Origin: Thermoplasmata archaeon
GTDB taxonomy: Archaea > Thermoplasmatota > Thermoplasmata > Lutacidiplasmatales > UBA184
DNA length: 64,000 nucleotides
NCBI GenBank assembly: GCA_028864975.1
Contig: JAGWLG010000005.1
Coordinates: 69,515-133,514, forward strand
Reading direction: 5' to 3'
Part shown: piece after piece, positions 9,360 to 17,351 of the stretch
How the letters are laid out: each line of letters opens with the position of its first letter
How positions within the stretch are numbered: the first letter of the stretch is position 1
The notes under the pieces: model-generated
What the model saw: only the letters and a program-made list of their open reading frames with translations
Database searches by the model: none
What the model was told of the DNA's origin: nothing
Program-made: the position numbers and the translations under genes

Positions 9360-12190
9360 GCCTCGTTCCCTCCCCCCCGCTCCCCCCATGGACCGAGGTC
9401 TGGGCCCTCGAGGAGGAACGGAGCGCCTCGCCCCTCCTCCTCGGTTGGGTCCGGGCCCTCCGAGCCGCCCCGGGGGAGCTCCTCGTGGTGGAGCAGGAGC
9501 GCGGACCCGAGGGCGCCTTCCTCCGGGTCCGGCTCCGGAGGGAACTGCGGGACACGGTCGCGCGGACGCCCCACCTGCAGAACTTCCGGCTGACCGAGCA
9601 CCACCCCGCGATCGTGCCCTTCCCTCCAGGACTTCGTGGCGCCGCCGCCTTCGGCATGGTCGCGTGGTCGCCGGAGGAGCGCCTCGCCCCCATGCCAGGG
9701 AACCCGCGGGGCCCTGCGCCCTCCGACGCCGCCCGGGCGATGGGCTCGCTGGGGAGCTGCGGGCAGAGGCCTGCGGCACGTTGGGTCGTCCAGGGGCTGT
9801 TCTGGTACGACCCTCGTCTCGACCTCCAGGCGACGGTGCGCCTCTACGCCGAGGCCCCGAGCCCGCGGGTGGCGGAATCGGTCCGGGACGAGGTTGGGCT
9901 CGCCCTGGCGGCGGAGCTCGGAGGCAGCTTCGTTCCCTGGGCCCCCGGCTCCCCCGCCCACCAGTGTGCCCAGCAGGAGTGGGAGGACCACGCGGCGCTC
10001 CGGTTCTGCAGCGGGCCGGTCGCGCCTCCCCGCGCCGAGGAGCTCTCGCGCCCTTGGCGGGTGCCCTGTCCGCAGGGAGAGCCGCTCGGGCCCTCCCTCC
10101 CCGACTCCAGGCGGGGGGTGGTCCTGGGCACCGGGTGGGGGACGGGGGAGCCGGCGCGGATCGACCCCGTTTCGCTTCTGCGTCACGTCGCGGTGGTGGG
10201 AGCGACCGGGAGCGGAAAGACCCAGCTCCTGGCCCACCTTTCGGTGGAGAGCCTTCTTCGCGCGGGGGTCCCGTTCGTCGTCTTCGACCTTCACGGAGAC
10301 CTGGGGCCTTCGGTCCTGGCTCGCCTGGGACCCGGCTTCGCCTCACGAGTGGTCGTCATGGACGCCACCCGCGACCCGTCGCGCGGGATCGTGGGGATGG
10401 ACGTCCTCGGATGGGAGGACGGACCGGGACCGGGGGGAGGCGGACTATCCGAAGTCCAGGAGGACCTCCTTGCGGGGGAAGTGCTCTCGGCGCTACGACC
10501 CCTTGGAGGAGGACGGGAGGAGTACTGGGGACCTCGGATGGAACGCTATCTGGAGGCGGGGGTGCGCGCCGAGCTCGAGACGCACGGCACGCTGCTGGAC
10601 GTCGCGAAGCTCCTTCACCACCCTCTGGACGTGGCCCCCGTGCTCGCGTCGTCCGTACGGAACCCCGAGCTCGCCCTAGCCCTCCGGGAACTGCCCCAGC
10701 TGCTCCGACGCCAGCCCGACCTGCTCTCTTCGAGCCAGAACCGGGTGTCGAAGTTGCTGCTCTCCCCTCGCGTCGCGGCGCTGGTCGCCGCTCACGAGCC
10801 CGCGCTACGGCCCGAGGAGGTCCTGGGAGGGAGGCGGAGCCTCATCCTCCACCTTCCCCGCGGTGCACTGGGCGAAGGGGTCACGACGTTCGTCGCGAAC
10901 CTCCTCCTGGCGCGGACGTTCCTGGGACTTCTGCGGGCCCCACCGCGAAGCGACCGGGCCGCGCCACGGGCGCTCCTCGTGCTGGACGAAGCGCAGGCCT
11001 ACTCGCCCCGGTTGCTCCGCACGATCGTCGAGGAGGGCCGCAAGTTCGGGGTCGCCTGTGTCTTTGCGACCCAGGCGCCTGGGAGGATGACCGAGCTCCT
11101 GGGACGCGCTCCGGTCGACGCGGCGGGGACCCTCGTCGCGCTCCACCTGCCTCCAGCCGAAGCAGGAGGGGTGGCCATGGCGCTCGCCCCATCTTCGGGG
11201 CACTTGGGAAACGAGACGCGGGAGCTCGGGTCGAGCCTGGCGACGCTGCCTCCCCATGCCGCCTGGGTCTGCCGGTACGGTTCCTCGACGCCGGAGCTGC
11301 TCCGACTTCCGGGGAGCTTGCCGTCGAACGTCGAGCTCTGGACGTGGGCAAGCGACCGGTCCGCGGAGGAGCATGGAACGCGGACCCAACCGCTGGACGT
11401 ACAGGGGGAGCGACGGAGCGCTTCGGAGGAGGAGGCGCTCCGGGAGGTCCTCCTCCGGGTCCTGCGAGACGAGTGCCGCGGATGCCCCCTGGACCTCGGT
11501 GGTGAGTCCGCGGACCGAACGCGGTTCGTCGCCGCGCCCACTCGCGGGCAGATGGAGGACGCTCTGCGATGGGCGGAGAAGCGAGGCTGGGTGAGGCGTC
11601 TCGCTCCCCAGGTCGGAGGAGGGGGCACCTACGAGCTCACGGAGAGCGGCTGGATGCGCCTTGGCTACCGTGAGGAGGCCGGTGCTCCGCGGGAGAGCGC
11701 CGAGCACCGTCGGCTGCTGAAGGCGGCCTTCCGCCATTTCTCCCGGCGGGGATACCTCCTGCAGATCCCCCGACAGGGCGAATTGGACCACGCCACGGCC
11801 GACGCGGTGCTGCGCGTGCTTCCCCAAGGAGAGCTGGGGCGCCCCATGGCGCCCTTCGAGCTCCTGGAGCGTCTCGAGGCGGCGCGAGCGCGTTGGCCCT
11901 GGACCCTGACGGGGGGGAGGGACCTCTACGTGGAGGCCGAGGTCAGCAGCGTCCGAAACGATGAGCGGCTGGGCCGGTCCCTCTCGAAAGCGCTCCGCGC
12001 ACGGGCGAGCGTGCTCTTCCTCGTCGGGACCGACGAGGACGCGCTTCGGGTCGAGAAGTTCCTGGACTCCCGGGAGGTCTCCCCGGAACGGGCCCTGATC
12101 TGGGTCTTCCGGGAGTCCGCCCGGGGAGACTGCGAGGAATATAGACCTCGGACAGATGGTGAGGTGCGGAGCGGAGGGGAGGTCAAGTGA
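9356..12190 (+). CDS. HerA/FtsK/VirD4(TrwB)-superfamily ATPase with C-terminal winged helix and PD-(D/E)XK-like domain (about 944 aa)
   Basis: HVAVVGATGSGKT (Walker A, 10199-10222), FVVFDLHGD, EYWGPRMERYL, LLVLDEAQ (Walker B), EGRKFG (Arg finger), VFATQ. GTG start at 9356 overlaps the upstream TGA. Confidence 0.85.
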   Translation: MSLVPSPPLPPWTEVWALEEERSASPLLLGWVRALRAAPGELLVVEQERGPEGAFLRVRLRRELRDTVARTPHLQNFRLTEHHPAIVPFPPGLRGAAAFGMVAWSPEERLAPMPGNPRGPAPSDAARAMGSLGSCGQRPAARWVVQGLFWYDPRLDLQATVRLYAEAPSPRVAESVRDEVGLALAAELGGSFVPWAPGSPAHQCAQQEWEDHAALRFCSGPVAPPRAEELSRPWRVPCPQGEPLGPSLPDSRRGVVLGTGWGTGEPARIDPVSLLRHVAVVGATGSGKTQLLAHLSVESLLRAGVPFVVFDLHGDLGPSVLARLGPGFASRVVVMDATRDPSRGIVGMDVLGWEDGPGPGGGGLSEVQEDLLAGEVLSALRPLGGGREEYWGPRMERYLEAGVRAELETHGTLLDVAKLLHHPLDVAPVLASSVRNPELALALRELPQLLRRQPDLLSSSQNRVSKLLLSPRVAALVAAHEPALRPEEVLGGRRSLILHLPRGALGEGVTTFVANLLLARTFLGLLRAPPRSDRAAPRALLVLDEAQAYSPRLLRTIVEEGRKFGVACVFATQAPGRMTELLGRAPVDAAGTLVALHLPPAEAGGVAMALAPSSGHLGNETRELGSSLATLPPHAAWVCRYGSSTPELLRLPGSLPSNVELWTWASDRSAEEHGTRTQPLDVQGERRSASEEEALREVLLRVLRDECRGCPLDLGGESADRTRFVAAPTRGQMEDALRWAEKRGWVRRLAPQVGGGGTYELTESGWMRLGYREEAGAPRESAEHRRLLKAAFRHFSRRGYLLQIPRQGELDHATADAVLRVLPQGELGRPMAPFELLERLEAARARWPWTLTGGRDLYVEAEVSSVRNDERLGRSLSKALRARASVLFLVGTDEDALRVEKFLDSREVSPERALIWVFRESARGDCEEYRPRTDGEVRSGGEVK

Positions 12191-13305
12191 CCGGGTCGGA
12201 GGTCCTGGAGGCGCCCTCCGCGGGCGACCGGGGGGTGAGGAGGGGCCGGGCCCGCCCCCTGCCCGCTTCGGGACCACGGTCCCCTCCTCCCGCCCTCGGG
12301 GGCAGCAACCTGTTGCTGGAAGGCGACAACCTTCTCTGGCTCCGAGCGCTCGCGCACGACCCGACGATCGCCGGAAAGGTCGCGCTCGTCTACATCGACC
12401 CTCCTTTCTCCACGGGCCATAGCTTCCCCGCCTCTCGCACGGCCGACGAGATCGCGTTCGATGACCGGCTGACCGGGGGGCCGTTCCTCACCTTCCTTCG
12501 CGAGAGGTTGGAAGGGCTTCGGCAGCTCCTCTCCGACCGTGGTTCGATCTATCTGCACATCGACAACAAGGTCGGCCACAAGGTCCGGCTCCTCCTCGAC
12601 GAGGTGTTCGGCGAAGAACGGTTCATCAACGAGATCGCGCGGATCAAGTGCAATCCCAAGAACTTCTCCCGCGCGGCGTTCGGGAACGTCAAGGATGTGC
12701 TCTTCTTCTACAGCAAGACCCCCCATCGGGTCTGGAACGAGTCGCGGGAACCGGTGCCCGTGGAGGACATCGCGCGACTCTTCCCCAAGACCGACGCGCA
12801 AGGGCGGCGGTACACGACCAACCCGCTCCATGCCCCCGGGGTCACCCAGGACGGTCCGACCGGCCGACCCTGGAAGGGGATCCCTCCGCCGGTGGGGCGC
12901 CACTGGAGGTACGCTCCCGCCGTGCTGACGCGGCTCGACGAACAAGGACGGATCGAGTGGTCGGAGCGAGGGAACCCTCGCGTGCGGATCTACGCGGACG
13001 AGAAGGTCCCTCGGGGAAAGAAGCGCCAGGACATCTGGGAGTTCAAGGACCCCCCGTACCCCTCCTACCCGACCGAGAAGAGCCTGGACCTCCTGCGGAC
13101 CATCGTGGCCGCTTCCTCCTCCCCGGGGGACCTGGTGTTGGACGCCTTCTGCGGGAGCGGGACGACCCTCGTCGCCGCGCAGGAGCTTGACCGACGATGG
13201 GTCGGTATCGATGCTTCCTCCCAAGCCATCCGTGTGGCGCGCAAGCGCCTGGAAGAGGTCGGGTCGGTCTTCGAGCTCCGCCGCTCTCCCCCTGGGGCGA
13301 GGTGA
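12187..13305 (+). CDS. Site-specific DNA methyltransferase, N6A/N4C, beta class
   Basis: LLLEGDNL, LVYIDPPF (motif IV), GSIYLHID, DEVFGEERFINEI, YPTEKS, VLDAFCGSGTT (motif I after motif IV = beta order). GTGA overlap with the ATPase. Confidence 0.92.
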   Translation: MTGSEVLEAPSAGDRGVRRGRARPLPASGPRSPPPALGGSNLLLEGDNLLWLRALAHDPTIAGKVALVYIDPPFSTGHSFPASRTADEIAFDDRLTGGPFLTFLRERLEGLRQLLSDRGSIYLHIDNKVGHKVRLLLDEVFGEERFINEIARIKCNPKNFSRAAFGNVKDVLFFYSKTPHRVWNESREPVPVEDIARLFPKTDAQGRRYTTNPLHAPGVTQDGPTGRPWKGIPPPVGRHWRYAPAVLTRLDEQGRIEWSERGNPRVRIYADEKVPRGKKRQDIWEFKDPPYPSYPTEKSLDLLRTIVAASSSPGDLVLDAFCGSGTTLVAAQELDRRWVGIDASSQAIRVARKRLEEVGSVFELRRSPPGAR

Positions 13306-13308
13306 CGG

Positions 13309-13845
13309 GTGCGCCTTTTCGTCGCGGTGGACACTCCCGCGTTCCACCTCCCCGGTCTGGGGCCCTCCTCCCACGACGGCTCGGCCCCCGCTCATCTCAC
13401 GCTCAAGTTCTTGGGCGAGGTGCCGGAAGAGCGCCTAGGGGAGATCGGCCACGCGCTCGAGCGGGGGCTTCAGGGTGCCTCCGCCTTTCCCATCACCTTG
13501 CGGGGCATGGGGGTGTTTCCCTCGCGTTCGCGCCCCCGCGTGCTCTGGGTCGGCGTCTCGCAGGGAGCGAAGGAGCTCTCCGATCTCGCCCGACGTACCG
13601 AGGGGGCGCTCCAGGGGTTGGGGTTCGCTCCCGAGGAGCACCCGTTCTCCCCTCACGTCACCGTGCGTCGGTTCCGACCGGGCGCCTCCACCAGCTCCGT
13701 CCCCGCCCTCCTCGAGCGGCACGCGGAGACCATCTTCGCCTCCGGCTGGGTGCGATCGGTCGAGCTCAAGGCGAGCCAGCTTTCGTCGGAGGGGGCACGG
13801 CACACGACGCTGCTGCGCGTCCCCTTGGGCTCCCCCCCATCGTAG
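13309..13845 (+). CDS. thpR: RNA 2',3'-cyclic phosphodiesterase / 2'-5' RNA ligase (2H family)
   Basis: MRLFVAVD, HLTLKFLGEV, RPRVLWVGV, FSPHVTVRR: the two HxT motifs of 2H phosphoesterases. Confidence 0.9.
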   Translation: MRLFVAVDTPAFHLPGLGPSSHDGSAPAHLTLKFLGEVPEERLGEIGHALERGLQGASAFPITLRGMGVFPSRSRPRVLWVGVSQGAKELSDLARRTEGALQGLGFAPEEHPFSPHVTVRRFRPGASTSSVPALLERHAETIFASGWVRSVELKASQLSSEGARHTTLLRVPLGSPPS

Positions 13846-13978
13846 TTCGGCATCGGATGCGTATTGTAGGGCTCCTCGAGGAGAACTCGAAGGGTCCGGC
13901 TTCCGATTTGCGCATCGTTGGGGAATCTTCGGGGGGTCAAGTCTAATTTAGAGGCACTTTTCTCCACCATGACCCAAC

Positions 13979-14320
13979 ATGCCGATGGTCATGATGGTCC
14001 TCTCGCCGAAGGACCACCGAACGCTCTCGCAGGCCTGGCGGACGGCGAGAAGTGGGCTCAACTCGGGTACACGTCGAAGGATGGGCCTGCGCGGACGCTC
14101 CTCCTTGATGCGTGAGCTCATCCTCTGGGGGTTCGAGGAGGCCTCTCGGGACCCCGAGGCCTTCCTGCGCTTCGTGCGTGACTCTCGCGACCCCTTCTTC
14201 GGGAAGACGGACGGCAGGAGCGACCCCGCGGGGGCGCGCCGTGAGGAACTCCTCATCTCCTGGTCGCGCGCCTTCGGGCCGATGGACGGTGGGGCATCCC
14301 GCCGTCGTCGGGGTCCTTGA
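13979..14320 (+). CDS. Putative ribbon-helix-helix (CopG/MetJ-like) DNA-binding protein
   Basis: N-terminal strand MPMVMMVLS, helix PKDHRTLSQAW, and GRSSLMRELILWG resembling the RHH helix-B SRSELIRE pattern. AT-rich AATTTAG at about 13945. Confidence 0.45.
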   Translation: MPMVMMVLSPKDHRTLSQAWRTARSGLNSGTRRRMGLRGRSSLMRELILWGFEEASRDPEAFLRFVRDSRDPFFGKTDGRSDPAGARREELLISWSRAFGPMDGGASRRRRGP

Positions 14321-14341
14321 GCGGCCGCCGCCCTAACCTCG

Positions 14342-15514
14342 CTAGCCCAGCTGGATCCCTTCCACGGCCCGTCCTCCGGCCTGACGCAGGAAGCGCTCCG
14401 GAGCGAACATCGCAGGGTCGAGGTCCGTTGTCCTCCCCAGCACCATTTGCGCCACCCGTGGCCCGGCGGCGGGGGCGAGCATGAACCCGTGTCCGCCGAA
14501 GCCATTCGCCTGGAAGAACCCGAGGAGCCGGGGGTCCTCTCCGAGAACGGGGAGCCCGTCCGGGGTGTCGTCGTAGAACCCGGCCCAAGAACGGAGCACA
14601 CGGACCTGGGCGAGCCTCGGGACGAGGGCGACCAGCTCCTTCGCGAACTCCCGAAGGAACTCGAGCGAGGAGGGCATCCCTCCGGCCGGACCCGAGGGAT
14701 GGGCGAGGGAGAGTCCGCCGATCACCTCCCCTCGCATGGACTGCGAGAAGTAGACCCCCCGACGTAGCGTCACGATCATGGGATCGAGGAACGGCTTCAG
14801 CGGCTCCGTGGCGAGGATCTCATGGCGGGTGGGGGTGTTGGGCATCGAGAGGCCTGCAAGAGCCCCCACGTCCCTCGACCAGCCTCCCGCCGCGTTCACG
14901 ACCTTCGAGGTGCGGACGCTCCCGGCGGAGGTCTTGACCGCCCGCACCGCGCCATCGCCTTGCTCGAAGCCGAGGACCTCCGTCCGCATCGCCACCTCGA
15001 CCCCCGCGCGCTGGAGGGTGCGATAGAGGCCCCAGAGGACCGGGAAGGGGAAGATCACCCCGTCGGAGCGGAGGTAGGAGCCTCCCACGATCCGCTCCGG
15101 GTCGAGCGCGGGGACCCGGCGCAGGATCTCGGGGGTGGAGAGCCACTCGAGACGCAGCCCCTCGGACCGGACCGCCGCGTCCACGCGGCGCAGTCGCTCC
15201 TCTTCTTCGGCCGAGAACGCCAGGAAGAGGTACCCCCCTTGGCGGAACCACGGGTTGTAGCCGAACTCCAGAGGGAACCGACGGTAGGCCTCCACGGCCT
15301 CCTTCGCCAGCCTCACGGTCGGGACGGTCTCCCACTGCTGTCGGACGCCTCCACCGTTCCGCCCGGAGGCTCCCGACGAGAGGAACCCGCGGTCGACGAC
15401 GAGGATACGCTCCGGGTCGAGATGGCGCGAAAGATGGTAGGCGGTGAAGAGCCCCATGACGCCGCCGCCGACGACGACGACCTCGTAGTCCTGGCGCCGG
15501 AACTTGGGCGTCAT
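14342..15514 (-). CDS. FAD-dependent oxidoreductase (DAO family); proline dehydrogenase / sarcosine oxidase beta-subunit-like
   Basis: VVVVGGGVMG, GASGRNGGGVRQQW, VVNAAGGWS, WAGFYDDTPDGLPVLG, GFGGHGFMLAP. Its ATG overlaps the alpha-subunit stop (ATGA). Confidence 0.88.
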   Translation of the reverse strand: MTPKFRRQDYEVVVVGGGVMGLFTAYHLSRHLDPERILVVDRGFLSSGASGRNGGGVRQQWETVPTVRLAKEAVEAYRRFPLEFGYNPWFRQGGYLFLAFSAEEEERLRRVDAAVRSEGLRLEWLSTPEILRRVPALDPERIVGGSYLRSDGVIFPFPVLWGLYRTLQRAGVEVAMRTEVLGFEQGDGAVRAVKTSAGSVRTSKVVNAAGGWSRDVGALAGLSMPNTPTRHEILATEPLKPFLDPMIVTLRRGVYFSQSMRGEVIGGLSLAHPSGPAGGMPSSLEFLREFAKELVALVPRLAQVRVLRSWAGFYDDTPDGLPVLGEDPRLLGFFQANGFGGHGFMLAPAAGPRVAQMVLGRTTDLDPAMFAPERFLRQAGGRAVEGIQLG

Positions 15515-17268
15515 GCTCCTCCGGAGGCGGGTGACCGCGTCGCAGGAGGAGCCCCGAGCTCTTCCAGGGCGGGTGGAACCCCGCCCGCAGGAAGGCGCGC
15601 AAGGTCCCCGAGGGGGACGGGCCAGACCGGAGGGCGCTGGGTGATGAACCCGACCTCGCTGGGGGGTCGTCCCTCGAGGATCGAGAGCAGCAGCAGCACG
15701 TCCGGCAGGCAGTAACGGCCCTGGCAGATCCCCGTCCCAGCCCCCGTGAAACGCTTGACCACCTCCGTGCCGGTGAACCCCTCGTGGACGGCCTCGTCCA
15801 GCTCCTCCAGGACGACATCCTCGCACGGGCAGAGCACGCGCTTCCCCAACCACGGTTGCTCGAGCAGTTCCCGGTAGTAGGCGAGGAGCACGTTCGGGCC
15901 CTCCGCCCGGACCCGTCCCGGAAGCTCCACATCGGGTCGCCGAAACGATGCCCCCTCGAGCATGCCCTGGACCGCACGGTCCACGGAAGCCTCGAGGGCA
16001 AGGGTCTCCACGAAGCCCGCCCCCTCTCCCGCGGCGTAGATGCGCGGCACCGAGGTACAGCCGGACGCGTCAAGGTCGGGGTAGAACGCCCCGGTGCCTT
16101 CCCTCCAGTGCATCTTCGCTCCGACCTGAAAGTAGAGGGGGACGTTCGGGACACGTCGGTGCGCGAGGACGATCGCGTCGACCTTCATCGAGGTCCGCTG
16201 TCCGGTCTTCCGGTCGCGGAGGAGGGCCCCGTGCACCCGACGCCGGCCCTTCGAGGCCACGAGAAGATGTCCCGGGTACGTCGGGACGGAAAGCGCCTTG
16301 GCGGTCGACCCTGTCGCGGCCTCGAGCGGCCCCGGGGCGGCGACCGCGGCGACGCGCCCTTTGAGAAGCTTGATGAGCGTTTCCGCGCGGCGGCCGCCTC
16401 CGAAGATGAGCGCCCGCCGGAAGGGGACCCTCCCTCCTTGGCGCAAGGCGAGAGCCCCGTCCGCGGTGAGGACCCCAGGACGGTCGTTACCGGTGAAGAG
16501 GAGGAACGCATCGTACCCCCCCGGGGCCAGGAGGACCTTCGAGGCCCAGACCTCCACCGCGCCGCCGCCCTCCCTCGCGGCGATCCCGACGAACGGCGCT
16601 GCGCTCGTCGCCGGCGGGGGGAGGAAGAGCAGCGACGTCCGTCGCTCGACGTGCAGGTTCGGGGGAAGCGGACCTTTCCCGAGCGCGGACGCCCCCCCGC
16701 GGTCGAGCAGGCGTACTGAACGGTGCCCGGGCGCATCGGCAAGAGCACGTGCGGCACGGGACCCGGACGCGCCTCCGCCGACCACTAGGTAGGTGCTGAG
16801 CAAGGGACCCGCCCGAGGGTCGGGTCCGAGCGATCCCTCGGTCGGAGAGGTGGGGAGCTTTCCGGTACCGGCAAGCCGACGGACCACGGCATGATACGCG
16901 GGCCGAAGGAAGAGCGGTCGACGGAACCCATGCAGGGTGTCCAGATGTCGTGGGAAGATCAGGTCGAACGCTCCGAAGAGGTCGAGCCTCACGGAGGGCC
17001 ACGCGTTCTCCGTTCGGATCCGGTCCCCTTCCTGGGGGAACGTCCGACAGGCACGCTGGTTCGGGGCTCCGTTGACGCGAACGAGGCAGCTCGCACACTG
17101 CCCCGTGCCACAAAGAGGACCCCGGGGGCGGTGGTACTTGATCGACCGGGAGAGGATCGGCACCCTTCTCCGGGAGAGCGCCTGCAGGAGCGTCTCCCCC
17201 GGGATGGCCGAGGAGTAGAGCCCGTCGAAGGTGAAACGCACTGGGGGGGTGAGCTTCCGACGCGCCAA
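15511..17268 (-). CDS. 2Fe-2S/FAD-binding subunit; proline dehydrogenase / sarcosine oxidase alpha-subunit-like
   Basis: RSIKYHRPRGPLCGTGQCASCLVRVNG, YLVVGGGASG, NDRPGVLTA, LCPCEDV, TGAGTGICQGRYC, TQRPPVWP. TTG start at 17268 is tentative. Confidence 0.85.
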   Translation of the reverse strand: MARRKLTPPVRFTFDGLYSSAIPGETLLQALSRRRVPILSRSIKYHRPRGPLCGTGQCASCLVRVNGAPNQRACRTFPQEGDRIRTENAWPSVRLDLFGAFDLIFPRHLDTLHGFRRPLFLRPAYHAVVRRLAGTGKLPTSPTEGSLGPDPRAGPLLSTYLVVGGGASGSRAARALADAPGHRSVRLLDRGGASALGKGPLPPNLHVERRTSLLFLPPPATSAAPFVGIAAREGGGAVEVWASKVLLAPGGYDAFLLFTGNDRPGVLTADGALALRQGGRVPFRRALIFGGGRRAETLIKLLKGRVAAVAAPGPLEAATGSTAKALSVPTYPGHLLVASKGRRRVHGALLRDRKTGQRTSMKVDAIVLAHRRVPNVPLYFQVGAKMHWREGTGAFYPDLDASGCTSVPRIYAAGEGAGFVETLALEASVDRAVQGMLEGASFRRPDVELPGRVRAEGPNVLLAYYRELLEQPWLGKRVLCPCEDVVLEELDEAVHEGFTGTEVVKRFTGAGTGICQGRYCLPDVLLLLSILEGRPPSEVGFITQRPPVWPVPLGDLARLPAGGVPPALEELGAPPATRSPASGGA

Positions 17269-17351
17269 GGACCACCAGGGTCCCCCTTTCCTGACAGGGC
17301 GAAAAGACCTTCGGCGCCTCCGCGGAGCGCTTCGACTGAAAGCCAAGGGCT

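Noticed and set aside
8411-12190. 1259-aa ORF from the track taken as one protein
   Set aside because: 8850-9355 in this frame reads as Arg/Pro/Gly shadow sequence, while two coupled ORFs in other frames fit better. GTG 9356 overlaps the upstream stop.
7667-12190. Ced-type DNA import system (membrane protein plus HerA/VirB4-like ATPase)
   Set aside because: The 4-TM gene is about 700 bp away and not coupled, there is no CedA-sized membrane protein, and the ATPase has no clear TM anchor.
13918-14115. 65-aa ORF overlapping the RHH-like gene
   Set aside because: No recognisable motif; the overlapping frame gives an RHH-like pattern.
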